DNA from: Felis catus
Taxonomy: Eukaryota
Length of the DNA stretch: 64,000 nucleotides
Assembly (NCBI RefSeq): GCF_018350175.1
Contig: NC_058368.1
Location: 6,634,001 to 6,698,000 of the forward strand
Direction: 5' to 3'
Below the pieces are notes generated by a model. It ran no database searches and was not told the DNA's origin. It saw only the letters and a list, made by a program, of their open reading frames with translations. Positions 25,359 through 38,706 of this stretch are shown in pieces; within the stretch, counting starts at the first letter, position 1, and each line of letters starts with the position of its first letter. The position numbers and the translations under genes are program-made.

Positions 25359-27910
25359 GCTGCCTGGGTCCGTGGATCTAATCCCACAGAAACTCCACAT
25401 CCAAATATCCGAGATGTGTATGGCTTCAAACTGACGATTCTTCCAAGAAGGAACCAGAAGATCAGGCATCCCTGGCTTCTGAAACCAAAGACAGAGCTTA
25501 AAGCCTGGGGTCAGCGCTTTGGCTGTCCAAGTAAAAGTAGCCCATTTATTTGCTGCCTCATGTGCTCGAACACATCACACACCGGCCTCTTTCGTGGGGA
25601 AGGGACTGCTAGTGGTTTGTGTCACCTTCCGCCCAGGGCTGCTTGAGCAAGCTATCCATCCTTAGACATCTCTCCTTAACACTTTTGAATTTCGTTCCAT
25701 CAACTCTGCCTGCCCCCTCCCCCACCACTCGCTCATTTCTTCGCTTTCCACGGAGACAGCTGGGCAGGCTTAGGACCATCCCCGTGGAGGCAGGTCTGCT
25801 CTGGCTTCAGGATTAAGCACGTACAGAACAATCTTCCAAGGAGGACTCCCCCGTTTTATACTAAAAATATCTTGGTCACTTTATCCGCTCTTGAGTTGTG
25901 TTATAACGAACATTGTAGAGCCCTCTGGAAGTATTCTTCTTGGGGGAGCGGAGGAACTGGGACTCCGATCCCCCCCCCCCCCATTCTGGAGCTGGCATTC
26001 TTGGCCAGGGCACCAGACTCCTCGGGGCCTGGATGGCCCTCGGGACGTGTTTGTTCACGTATTCCAAGAGCAGCCCAGAGCCAGGAAAACCAACCTGCCT
26101 CTAGGCGTGGAATACAAGCCAGACAGAACTGCCCTGGGTCTTTGACAGGGACGTGGGCCCTCTCTGTGGGTGCCCGCCTTGCTCCCTTCCTCTTTGCAAA
26201 ACAAACCGTTTCAAGAACTACCACTATGGGCCAACTGGGGATAAGGGGCTTGGGAGATATAGTCTTGCCCCCAAGGGACTCCCTCCTTTTGCTGCAGAAT
26301 GTTCAGCAGCCGACCCAGATGAATATAAATTCTGAATGCCACATCTTTTGCCGAGCCATGGCTGGGTGTCCTCAAGCGGGCAGCATCAAGGGTCTCGCTC
26401 CTGCCATATCCTCTCCTGTAAATGCCACGAGCGTAGGTTACCTCCAAGGCCTTACACCGCGGACCAACAGGGACACGGGCTCATCTGCAGAGTAGAAGTC
26501 TTCGGGACGTGGTCGTGGCGTCCTTCACCTCCAGACAAGGATGGCATTGGGTTCACCTCACAGGGCAGCTCCAAATGATTGGTAGGGTCTGCAGCAGGGA
26601 GGACATGAGGTCGCCCCGGGACCAGGACAGATTGGTCTTGTCCTCAGAGGGCAGAGAAGGGAGGTGGGTGGTACAGGGCCGTTCACGGGGGCACTACCTG
26701 CGTTGGCTAGATGCAGGCTCAGCTGTGTGCGACACACGCCCAGGAGGGCAGTGGCTCAGATAAGGAAGAAGTCTGTCACTGCGGCTCAGAAAAGCCGAAG
26801 CCGGTGTGGCAGGTGCTCTGCAGAGGGGGGCCCGGTGCCACGCCTTCCCCGGTCTTGCACGCCTTGCCCGGGCTCACCGCCAAGCCCACTCCTCCCGGGC
26901 GCCCCCCTCCCCGGGACCCTTGTGCAAAGCTACGTAATGCCTTCGAAGGGGCCTGCCTTTGGTGGCGGAATGTGTCTCTGATGTAAAAATCCAAGGAAAG
27001 GTGATACCCTGGCATTAATAGGCTTTGTTGAATTAGAGAGAAAGGGTTGGATAATAGTGGTCAGAATCTTTTCCGGCGCCTCAGGAAGCCGAGTGATAAG
27101 AGGGGAAATCGCAAGTGTACGGGCGACGCACGTTAATTCACTTTATGTTCACTTCACCCAACCGGGTCCGGAGACTGAAGGAGGAGAGACACTCCCTCAT
27201 CAAGGATCCAACGGTGTAACTGGAAAGTTCAATCAGCCAAAATCTGGGTCCCCGTTTCTGTTCCAGACTCTCATCAGAAAATGCTGTAATGGAGAGTATA
27301 AGAGAAGTCCCACAGGCCTAGTTTTGAATTCTGGTTCTTTGAATTGCCATCTGTTTGGGCAAATAGCAAAGTACTCACTCTCTTCGACCCCACTGCGGAT
27401 TTGTGGGAGCACTCAATAAAGTGCAAGTGCCTGGTCTCACTCGGTCTAAAGTAAGTGTTCAACTAACACCCACTGCTCCTTCAACCTGGGCTCAGTCTCT
27501 GCATGTTCCCGCCTGTGTATCCTCTGCATGTTCCGCAGCCTTCTGGAGGGTTCCCGGCTCCTAAAAAAAACGACCCAAAGAGCCCAGAGTAGCTCCTTTC
27601 TGACTCTAAGAAAAATGTACCCGTGGTTAGTAATTTGGTAATATGTAGTTGTTACTTTATTGTCGTCACTGAAAAGCTTGAAGATTCACAAAGAAGCACA
27701 TGAAGAGATGTAAGGAAACCCAAGTTCAAAACCAGAGTGAGGTATTCCCACACATTCACCGGAACGGATAAAATAAAAAATAGTGACACCACCAAATGCT
27801 GGCAAGGATGCAGAGAAACCGGACCACTCAGACGATGCTGATTCCATTCCAGGAATGGAAAATGGCACAGCCATTCTGGATAAGAGTTTCTTTTAAAACT
27901 TAAAATGGAT

Positions 27911-27989
27911 TGTCTCCCCTCTCCCCGCCTGCTTTTGCCCCTCCCCCCACCTCTCAAAAACGAATAAACATTTAAATAAAATAAAAATT
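27911..27989 (+). mobile_element. Heavily 5'-truncated Can-SINE (tail only)
   Basis: CT-rich segment plus aataaacattt tail, flanked by TSD aaaacttaaaatggat. Confidence 0.75.
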
Positions 27990-28503
27990 AAAACTTAAAA
28001 TGGATGGCCATATGACTTAGCCATTGTGCCCTTGGGCATTTATCTCAGAGAAATGAAAACTTATGCAATACATAACATGTACACAAATGGTCACAGCAGC
28101 TTTATTCAAAATAGTCCCGAGGTGGTAACTACCCCAAGATGTCCTTCAACGGGGGATGATTAAACCAATTGTGGGACAGCCATGGCATGGGACACCACAC
28201 AGCAATAAAAGGCATGAAGGACTGATACACACAATAGCCGGCATGAATCCCAAGGGAACTGGCTGAGTGAAAATAACCAATCCCAAATATCGTTCATTGG
28301 GTGATTCTATTTACATAACGTTCTTCAAACAGCAAAACCACAGAGATGGCGAACAGATTACCGGTCACCAGAGATTAGGGATGGATGGGGTGGGGTGGGG
28401 GGGATCATTATAAGGGGAGTCATGTGGTGATTGTATAGTCCCTTATCTTGATTGTGGTGGTGGTGGTTACAATTAGCTATAGACGTGACAAAATTGCATA
28501 GTA

Positions 28504-28541
<38 letters not shown>

Positions 28542-28595
28542 GTGCATGTATAACTGGAGAAATCTGAATCAGCTCTATAGATTGTACCCATATCA

Positions 28596-28791
28596 GGGGC
28601 GCCCGGGTGGCTCAGTCGGTTAAGCATCCAACTTCAGCTCAGGTCATGATCTTGTAGTTCATGAGTTCGAGCCCCATGTCGGGCTCTGTGCTGACGGCTC
28701 AGAGCCCGGAGCCTGCTTCCGATTCTGTGTCTCCCTCTCTCTCTGCCCCTCCCCAACTTGCACTCTGTCTCTCTCAAAAATAAATAAACAT
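28596..28791 (+). mobile_element. Can-SINE
   Basis: Full length; diverged TSD tatagattgtacccatatca (28576-28595) and tacagattgtagcaatatca (29051-29070). Confidence 0.95.
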
Positions 28792-28808
28792 TAAAATTTT
28801 TTTTTAAT

Positions 28809-29019
28809 TTTTTTTAACGTTTATTTTATTTTTGAGACAGAGAGAGACAGAGCATGAATGGGGGAGGGGCAGAGAGAGAGGGAGACACAGAATCGGAAGC
28901 AGGCTCCAGGCTCTGAGCCGTCAGCCCAGAGCCCGACGCGGGGCTCGAACTCACGGACCGTGAGATCGTGACCTGAGCTGAAGTCGGACACTTAACCGAC
29001 TGAGCCACCCAGGCGCCCC
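28809..29019 (-). mobile_element. Can-SINE inserted in the tail of the previous SINE in opposite orientation
   Basis: TSD taaaatttttttttaat at 28792-28808 and 29020-29036. Confidence 0.95.
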
Positions 29020-29632
29020 TAAAATTTTTTTTTAATAAAGAAATAAAAAATACAGATTGTAGCAATATCAACTTCCTGGTTTTTACCTTGTTGGGGAAAA
29101 TGTTAACTTTGGGGAAGACTGGAGAATAGATGCATGGGATTTCCTGTGCATTTCTTTGCAGTTTCCTTTGATTCTATGATTATTTCAAAATAAAGAGCTA
29201 AAAGACATCTCGTAGGGTCAGAAACCAAGGACGTGTTTTAAAAAAACGTACACTGATGATAGCATGTCAGAGGACACAGAGGCCAACAGAAAGAGCTCTC
29301 GATGGCCAAAGCTGGAGCCATTTGAGTAACAAAATAAATAAAGTAGTGTTGGATTATGACTTGAAGTATGAAATTAATATCCATTAGTTCATATTAATAT
29401 AAATAAGTGAGTGCAAAATAAATACATGGAGAGAAGAGACAAATCTCTAAATAATTTATGTAGATAGGAGAAGTCTGAGAAGCTGTCACAGCCAGGAGGA
29501 GCCTGAGGAGACATGCCAAGCGAATGTAACATTGGGATCCCGGAACGGCAAAGGGTCATTAGGTGACAGCTAAGGCAACCTGAATGAGTCATGAACGTCG
29601 GTTAATAATAATAAATCCAGGGGCTCCAGAAT

Positions 29633-29798
29633 GAGGCGCCTGGGTGGCTCCCTCGGTTAAGCATCCAACTTTGGCTCAGCTCATGATCTCACGGTTCATG
29701 GGCTCCAGCCCTGTGTCGGGCTCTGTGCTGACAGCTCAGAGCCTGGAGGCTGCTTTGGACTCTGTGTCTCCCTCTCTTTCTGCCCCGACCCCCTCATG

Positions 29799-29831
<33 letters not shown>

Positions 29832-29866
29832 AAAAATAAATAATAAACATTAAAAATTTTTTTTCA
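29633..29866 (+). mobile_element. Can-SINE
   Basis: ggcgcctgggtggctc head, CT tract and A tail. Confidence 0.95.
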
Positions 29867-30469
29867 AAATAATAACGGGTCTACATTGATTCATTAATTC
29901 TAACAGATGCACCACACCATTGTAAGATGTTAATAATAGGCAACACTGTGGGTTGGGGATATGGAGACTCTCTGTACTCTCTCCTCAGTTTTTTTAAATA
30001 AATCTGAAACTGTTCTAAAAACATTAAGTGTATTACCAAACGCAAGCTTAAAAAAGTAAAGCTTTGATATATAGCTTTTGAGTAACTACTATGAAGCAGG
30101 CACTTTCCTAACGATTGTTTGGTCGAAATCGTCCAAACAGTGGGAATGTTAGCTTTCGCTACGTTTCACTGAAATGAGACCTTGGAGCTCCGAGAGGTTA
30201 GTTTTCTGGGATCCCCCAGTTGGGAAGTAGCTAAGCTGGAATGGGTGCTCAGGTCTTCTGACTTTCATCCCATGGTTTTTCCCATTATGCCACCCAAGGA
30301 TCTGAGGAAAGGTGGTTATTCAATTATGGTGCGGAGACCAATTACCAGAATGCTCTGTGAACCAGAACTCCCCATCCCTCAACCATGCACAGCTTTGTCT
30401 TCCCTACAGGACTCAACCCAATTCCCTAATCTTTGCATAAGCAAGTTCGAATGATCACATCCATTCAGG

Positions 30470-30600
30470 ACGGGAGGCATCGTTTGCTCCACGCTAGGGA
30501 TGGAGAAACAGACTCAGAGAGGTAAAGTAACCTGCTCATGGTCACTCAGCTAGTGGAAGGTCAGGATTCAAATGCAAAGCTTGCATTCTTCCCTGTAAGC
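30470..30600 (-). mobile_element. MIR fragment
   Basis: gaaacagactcagagaggtaaagtaacctgctcatggtcactcagctagt...caggattcaaat core. Similar fragments near 8.7, 10.75, 19.25, 30.1 and 32.95 kb. Confidence 0.8.
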
Positions 30601-31972
30601 TTGAATGGCCAGCAGGCCCCCACCGAGGAATTTCACACAATCCCAGATAGAGCCTTGATTCCTTGGTCTTTCCTCCGGCCGCCCTTTGTTTTCTAGGGAC
30701 AATTAGGGAGGACGGACTCAGTTTCACCTAGTGAGGAAAATCTTCGCAATATTTTTGTAAAAGGGATGAGGAGAGTCGGTGCACTGCCATTACAGGGGGC
30801 ATGATAGAATCCCTCTCATAAATCCACATTATAAACCATGTCGGCAAAATGTTACCAGCAACCCCACTGTCCCCACGCCTGCTCTGATGGCAGACGTGGT
30901 TAATCAATCCCTAGCGCTTGCCATGGGAGCCTGGGCTCAGCCTGACAAGCCCTCTGGGCAGTCACCATTAATCCTCAGAGCCCATCCTGAGATGAAATCC
31001 CTCTCCCTCCCAGCGATGGGCACCGGCACACTTTTACACTGTTTTTTGGCGTTCGAAAAACAAGGTGAGAGCGTGCAGCTACTTGCTAACTGCATTGGCA
31101 GCTGGTGCAACAGTCACCGCACAGAATCATTTCTTTAGCCTTTCGTTAGGATGCACCATCCCGAGCACATTCTCGATCGCAGCGACCCTGTGCGCGGGGA
31201 AGGGGCAAACCACCGAACGTCTAGCCCGCTGCGCCATGATGCCCCTGTGCCTCCTCTGGGCAAAACCAGGAGGGAGGCTGCCCGTGGGCTTTGTAGGCCA
31301 GCCACCCATGGGAAGCATCACTAAGGTTTATCCTTGCTAGAACACTCTGGCAATTGTAAGAACTGAGGCCTGCAGGATGAGGCTTTCTGTTTTGTTCCGG
31401 ACTGTGGCCTTGTCACAGCAGCAACCACAGAAAGCAATCACCTACAGGCTCAGGAACAAGCCAGAAAATGACCTTGTGACCCCTGCCCCCTTGCCGACCA
31501 AATCAGGCCCAGGGGATCAATAACAGTGGGAAGTCTGGGGTGTTGATCACAGACAGCACACATTCTTCTAAAATACAAAGCCAAATTACTCAAGACTAGT
31601 ACTGATGGGAATTTGCCAGCCCTGATGGGAGCTAAAAAGAAAATCGTTAGTCCATAATGCTTCGAAGTAGCTCACAAATTGTGTGGTAGCTTAACTCAAG
31701 CTTACTAACATTTTTGTTCTGCTTAGAGCCATGTTTCCTCCTTCTGTGGGTTCCCACAGCTCAAGACTGAGGCCCCACGTAACATAAATACATAAATACA
31801 GGGACCTGCTCTTTGCTACGCAAGTAAACGTTTCCCCAGAGCAGCGGGATGGCCAGGTGTTTGGAGACATAGTGTCCCACATCTTTTCATTCGCCAAGAT
31901 GTTATCGCTGTTCTGCCACAGTCCTGTGTCCCTGGGAAGCAAAGAATGGGCAGTCATTTCCCTCCCCTTCTC

Positions 31973-32035
31973 CACGTGCGTGCGCGCGCACACACACACG
32001 CACACACACGCACAGAGGCGTGCGCGTGCGCGAAC
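31973..32035. repeat. Mixed (CG)/(CA)/(TG) alternating purine-pyrimidine repeat
   Basis: cacgtgcgtgcgcgcgcacacacacacgcacacacacgcacagaggcgtgcgcgtgcgcg. Confidence 0.9.
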
Positions 32036-33559
32036 ACAGGGGCACTGAATTCTCTTGACCAACTGGAGAAAAGAAGCAGATGGACAGACTGGCCCCTGCC
32101 CTCCCCCACGCCCTTCTGCGGAATGCTTTGGCCCACCTAGAACTGCACAATTTTCTCTACCAGGCTGGATAAGTCCTGGAGATGCTCGTTAATGTTCCGA
32201 GAAAGTGAGCATCTCAAATCCCCTTTGACACTGGGGGTTAAGTGAAAGATACCAGAGACCTGAGCAGCAGAGAGAGGACACCGGCCCCTGTCCTGCGCTG
32301 TCCTTCTGGCTCCCTGCACTCGCCAGCCTGGGACGTACAACGGGCTTCGTGGAAAGGACACGCCCGCCTCAGAGTGCACCTGACTTCCATACTTTCCAAA
32401 GACCTCGTATCATCAGTTTGTCACCAGCCAACGTGGACCATCCGTTAGTAAAGTTTTGGTCCACCTTAGAGATCTCACATTTTTATAACCCAGACATGGC
32501 TGCCTGGTTGAGGCACCAGTTTTGGATCCATCCATTCATTTACTCATTCACTCAACAAGTATTTATTCAGCATCTACTCTGTGCTAGGTACTGGGGGTTC
32601 ACCAACAATTAAGAGACATTGTTCCACTCTCACAGAGGTTGGTGGCCCAATCAGTTGCAGTCAGGGTAGCAGGACTCGTTTTGATTGACACATGGTGCAT
32701 GCCATGACAAATTGGGGCTAGAAACCCACCTGTGGTCACTTTCCCCAAAGGAGGTCATGGCCAAGGTGGGGATTTCAGGCTTATGAGCATCTCACCTGTA
32801 CGCCAAAGAGGAAGCTCTCTACTCTTCTTTCCACCCACTCCAGAAGACTAGGATGCTGTGATGTTCTGGGGATGGTGTGTGTGGTGGGGCGGGGGGGGAG
32901 GAATCTTTGGAATCACACAGCCTTGGCACAAGTCCCAACTCCCCTTCTCTATCAGTGTGCCCTTGGACAAGTCACCTGGCTGCTCTAAGTTTTAGTTTCC
33001 TTGTCTGAGATGTGGGGGTGATAACCACAGCTATTTCATAATGTTGAGAATTAAAGACATTAATAAAGGCACTAACAGACAGTGAGAACTCTGCCAATAT
33101 TAGCTTTTATTCCCACAGTCAAACGGGCAAGTGCTCAAGGCTCACATATTCCTGGATGTGAGCCATAGAAGAACAACAGGAACATTCATGGAGCGAGGGA
33201 GGCAGGCCTTGAGGTAGCAGGAGTCACCTAAAGCAGCCAGGTAGGGCTCAGAGTGTCCTGTTGTCCTTTCCCGTAGGCGGCTGGATGCCCATGGGACACA
33301 GCAGCCCGAGGGGCCTCACGCTGACATAGCGCTTACCAGAGACACAGCTGAGCGTTGAGACCACAGGAGGAAATACAGAAGCATGGCTCCCCCAGACCAC
33401 ATCCGGGCAACTGCCAGGCGCAAAGGTTGGTATGTAAGGGCAGGCGGCCAGCAAGCAAGACCCTGGGGGCTGTTTCCGGACAAGACCACTGATTTAATGA
33501 ACAGATGTTTGTTTGCGTTTGGATTTTACTGGTACAGTCAGAAATGAGAATAATTCTTA

Positions 33560-33672
33560 GGGCACCTGGGTGGGTTCATCGGTCAGCAACCGACTCTTGA
33601 TTTCGGCTCCGGTTGTGATCCTGCAGCTGGTGAGTTCGAGCCCCACGTCGGGCTCTGTGCTGCGCTGTTGGG

Positions 33673-33720
<48 letters not shown>

Positions 33721-34012
33721 CCTCCCCTGCTTGCGCCCTCTCTCTCTCTCAAAATAAGTAAAGAAATAAACATTTTTTTAAATGAAGATAATTAGGGGCG
33801 CCTGGGTGGCTCAGTCAGTTAAGCGGCCAACTTTGGCTCGGGTCATGATCTCGAGGTCCGTGAGTTCAAGCCCTGCATCAGGCTCTGTGCCGACGGCTCA
33901 GAGCCTGGAGCCTGTTTCAGATTCCGTGTCTCCCTCTCTCTCTGCCCCTCCCCCGTTCATGCTCTGTCTTTCTCTGTCTCAAAAATAAATAAACATTAAA
34001 AAAAAAGTTTAA
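33560..34012 (+). mobile_element. Two tandem Can-SINEs (33560-33779 and 33795-34012)
   Basis: Second copy has TSD aaatgaagataatta at 33780-33794 and 34013-34027. Confidence 0.95.
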
Positions 34013-37000
34013 AAATGAAGATAATTAGATTCGCGTTTTATGGTGAGGGGGCAAACAACTCATTTTTACTCTGTGGAAACACGCAACCCACGTGAAACAC
34101 CAAGACAGTTTCCAAATCATTTTGCCGCCTCTGCCTGTGAGCCGACTCTTTCCAGGACGTACCACGGCAGGCGCGTGACAGAACACCCCACACCTCTAGG
34201 TCGTCGGAAGCCAAAGGGATGGACAGGCTGCGTCCCCCTCGCTGAACTGGGGTCTGTGGGGTTTAGCCCCTGGGACCTGCCCCTCCGCTGGTGCGTTTGC
34301 ATCCCTCTGCCCAGCTCCGTGCCAGGATCCCGAGCCCTTGATCTGGTCCAGAGTCCCAGGACATCCGCAGGGGGCAGCCACCTCTCTCCCCTCCCCGCAC
34401 TGCACCGGTGGCCGGCCTGAGCAGGTGGCCCGGCAGAGTTCCCTAACAGGTGTCTCTGTCCATGTTACTCACCGTGGCTGTGAGTGGAGCAGCCACGTCT
34501 GTTAGGGGCCTCGGCAGAGAAGGGAAAAGCAGGAGGAGAGCTGAGACTCGCCCCAGATTTCAGAAGGACCATCGTGTCTCCTTCTGCCGGCTGTTCCCCT
34601 CCTGCCCTCTTTCTGCAGCCGGCGAGCCCCAAGGCACAGTGTGTGAAGTTCAAATCTGTTTCTGTGCTGTCAGACCAAGCCTGGTAAGCCGACGAGTGAG
34701 AGCACGCTCTGAGCTATGTGGTGCTTTACAAAAGCACCCAGTCAAGTGTCCCCGGGGTCCCCGGGGTAGATGAAAGCCGGTGTCAACCATTTGTGTGAAC
34801 TGAGTCTCCGGCCGGAGACAGGAGAGCCGGGGTGTTAGAGACACCTGGCCAAAGCCCCGCTCTCAGAAAAGTAGGGCCAGGAGTTGAATTCGGCGCCCCA
34901 CGTGGCTGCAGCAAGGGCCCTCCATCCGGGCCGCCCAGGCCGGCCACAGGGGACCGGCAGGTCCCCGATGGGTGAGTTCTCCCACCTGGTCAGGTGGGCT
35001 CCTGACGATCTCACACACACTTACTGGGAGGTGGCTGGGTTTGTGCCACATGAGTGGTGGGCAAGAGGAAGCCGCTCAGATGTGGGGCATGAAACACGTG
35101 CGGGCCTGCAGACCCCTTAGACACGTGATTTTCCTCTGTAGCAGCCACACTGAACTGAAGAACCCTTACTATTCTGTGGTGTCACCCTTCTCATCCTGCG
35201 AGCACATTCGAGACACAGAGGATCATTCCCAGCTGCTGATGCGACAGCCGTAGATATTCTCTAAGCCTGGTTCTTTCTTGGGCAGGACTCGGGGCCCTCC
35301 CCCTGAGTCAGCGGAGCCCTTCCCCTCCTCCTCAACAGAGAGGCCCCTCCTCCTTTTATTGTCACAGGTCTGCAGGTGTAAAACCGGGGGCTCTTCCCTC
35401 TCAGTGTTAAAAGGGCCTCCTTGGCTTGGTTTAGAAGGAAGGACCCGGGTAGCCAGTCAGGTCTTTCACCACAGATAACGAATAATGAATGTTATTCAGT
35501 GTGAAAATGATGGCAATTCTTCACCTGTCAGATTCAAAGGGTTTAAAAATAGCAGCGACCCTCAGGGTGTCATGGGGACAGCTGGGACCCTGAGAGCCAT
35601 CGTCTGTCAGGCAGGGAGGCGGCAGGAGGGAGCCAGCCAGGCACAGCCGGAGAAGGGCTGGAGCGCCCTTGGGGTGGAAGGACTTTCTCCTTGGGGCCCT
35701 GACCTTGGAACAAGGCCTTGCTGCCTGACTTCCCTTTTAGAAGGGCACTGGCAGGCCCACCGTTACCCACTCCCGGGAGGAAGAAAAACAGAAACAGCTT
35801 CTCCACACACAGTGGAAGTGTCTGGGTTTCGGAGAGCGTTCGGAGACCATTTGTAAAATGAGGGGCCGGAGGGAGGTTCTGGAAAGGACACGGGATCTGG
35901 AGTCAGATGGCCCGGAATTGAATTAGATGGCACCAATAATTTTCCACACGGTCTAGGTGGTTGACCTGGCCTCTTGAAGTCTCAGCTTCCCTGTGTGCAT
36001 TTGGGGGGTGGGACTTCTCCCCTCACGGGGATTCGGTGAGACAATTCTACAGGAACCCCCTGTTTTCTTTACCGTTTCTCTACCTTCGACAACCACCAGC
36101 CAGTGAGAGCAGGGGCTATTTCTCTTTATCACCACCATTGCCCTGTGATTGGAACGGAACCCAGTGCCTGCTCATGGCTCACTGTGTATGGAGTAGCCAG
36201 TCTGATCTTCCCTAGGTAACTCTTGGTTTTATGAAAACAGGTACAGATTAAAAAAAATTTTTAAACGTCGGTTCAACCAATGCTTAGGCGCCTTATTGGT
36301 CGGCAACTGGAAAGACACACCCAAAATCTCTACTTTAGTGGAAACTCATAGTTGCTCCCTCTCACTGAGGACCCTGCTTCCCAACCTTGATCAGACACCT
36401 GGTCTACCTGACTGCGGCACACTTCCGGGGACCAGTGTTCCTCAATGGGCTGGTGCTCCCACCTTTAAGCGTGCAGTTGAGGTGCCCAGGGAGCACTGCG
36501 GTGGCTTCCAGAAAGCCAGACCCCGACCGCCTGACCCTCAGACCTTCCCTGATGGGTCTGGCCCTTCTTCCTAGATCCCACTTCCAGAGAGGAAAAGAAG
36601 GTAATCGTCTGGTGGTGTGTAAATCACTCTGTTGACAACACATCTGGTTATTGGGACGATGAGGGCATTTAAAAATTCTCAAGAGAGTGTGTGTGGCGAG
36701 ATCCCAAATCCTCAGCTCAGACTGAGACCCTTGGAGTGGAACCAAGAATGGTGACCATACAGGCCCTGACTCTGGTCCCCGAGGGGACCCAAAGACTACA
36801 CCCAGAGACTTGCACCCAAAGACTACAGATAGGCTTCCAGCATCTCATTAGTTCTCGACTTCATTGCCTCCTCGCCAAGCCCTCTGAGGGGCCTGGAGTA
36901 AGTCTCAGGGGGGGCTTCCTGGAAGCATCTCCACCATCAGCTACCCAGCTGAGAGATGAAAAGGTCAAAGGGCTCCGGGTGCAGACCCCGGGTAAGAAGT

Positions 37001-37455
37001 TCCCATTCTAAGAATTACAAGGTGGTTGGCTTTGGGGAGGAGGGCATGTGAGGAGGAAAGGTCTGTGCCTGGATTGAACGGACACTGGCAAGCCCGAGAC
37101 AAAAATATCAATACTTCCAGATGGGGTTAGGCACTGTGGCTTCTACAAACTCAACCAAATTCGCACCTCTTGTGTCTCAGAGTCTTGTGTCGTTAAGGTG
37201 CAGGGAGAGCAGATTATCTCTCCCCCTGCGGTGTACCAGCTATACCTACCCCCTGCTCACCCAAGTGGGGGGCTCATATAGACTCACGCTCTTAACCTCC
37301 ACTTGAGTTTTCAGCCTCACTCCAGCAGGCTGCTTATTTGTATCCAGGGCCAACGAGTTTTCAGGGAAAAGCAATTTTCTCCCGGGAGCTACACACGTTT
37401 ACCTGTAACAGGCAAGTAACACACCACAGTGTCTGGATTAAAAAATAAAACAGAG

Positions 37456-37677
37456 GGGGCGTCTGGGTGGCTCAGTCGGTTGAGCGACCGACTTCGGCTC
37501 AGGTCATGATCTCACGGTTCGTGGGTTCGAGCTCTGTGTCAGGCTCTGTGCTGACAGCTCAGAGCCTGAAGCCTGCTTCGGATTCTGTGTCTCCTTCTCT
37601 CTCTGCCCCTCCCCTGCTCGCACTCTGTCTCTCACATTGTCTCAAAAATAAATAAACATTAAAAAAAATAAAAATAA
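37456..37677 (+). mobile_element. Can-SINE
   Basis: Full length; TSD aaaaataaaacagag on both sides. Confidence 0.95.
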
Positions 37678-38094
37678 AAAATAAAACAGAGAGTCACAGT
37701 TCCATCTTCAGTACTGTCCTGCCAGGGTGCCAGGGATTCTTTGTTACCAACCACTGAGGATGACCAGAGTCTGTCCATTATCTTTCTTTCTGGAAAAACT
37801 AGCACCGTTCAGACACAGATGGGAGCTAAAGAACAAAAACAGCTCCCCCCAAAAAAGCTGATGGAGATGCTCAAAAGGCTGAAGATTTTCCGTCGATCTT
37901 TCTCAGTTTCTTTTAAAAATCAAAGCACAATCTGCTTCAAAGGTGGCGTCTCCATAGCTTTCTCAGTGTCATAATCTGAATGTAGATGAAAGGAAGATAC
38001 TAGATTTGTGCTCTGTCTCCTTCCTTCCTTGAGGTAATAGGTCACTACTGATAAACAGGTGTACTCAATGATTCTGTCAAAGGTAAGATGTTGA

Positions 38095-38658
38095 GACTTA
38101 ACATTGGTAAAATGGCGATATTTCCCAAATTACTCTTCCGATGCAAAATCCTAGCTGGCTTTTCTTGAAGAAATTGACAAACTGATCCTAGAAGTCATAT
38201 GGGCCCAAAGAGCCAAAATAATCATGAAAAGAACAGCTGGTTGGGAGGACTGACATTTCCTGATTTCAAAACTTACTACAAAGCTGTCGCGATCAAGACA
38301 ATGCTCTACTGGTATAAGGACAGACACATTAATAGACTAGAACTGAGAGTCCAGAAATAAGCCCTTATGTTTATGGCCAATGTGCTTTTGACAAAGATGA
38401 CAAGATAATTCATTGGGGGAAAGAATAGTCTTTTCCACAATAATGCTGAAGCAACTTGGTATCCATATACAAAGGAATGACCTTGGACCCTTACCTCACA
38501 CCATACACAAAGAATCAACTCAAAAAGAGATCGTTAGAGGGGCACCTGGGTGGCTCAGTCAGTTAAGCGTCTGACTTTGGCTCAAGCCATGATCTCACAG
38601 CTCATGAGTTCAAGCCCTGCGTCGGGCTCTGTGCTGATAGCTTGGATTGTTTCAGATT

Positions 38659-38706
<48 letters not shown>

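Larger units (their letters stand above)
27735..30020 (+). mobile_element. Old L1 (L1MB/MC/MD-like) 3' fragments with several SINE insertions and a (CA)n
   Basis: ORF2 end and 3' UTR motifs: caccaaatgctggcaaggatgcagagaaac, cagcagctttattc, gtgaaaataaccaatcccaaa, aagatgttaataataggcaacact; (CA)n at 28505-28540. Confidence 0.85.

Noticed and set aside
25872..26495. Longest ORF in the track (207 aa)
   Set aside because: Non-ATG start, no recognisable domain, overlapping ORFs in several frames; typical chance ORF in GC-rich DNA.
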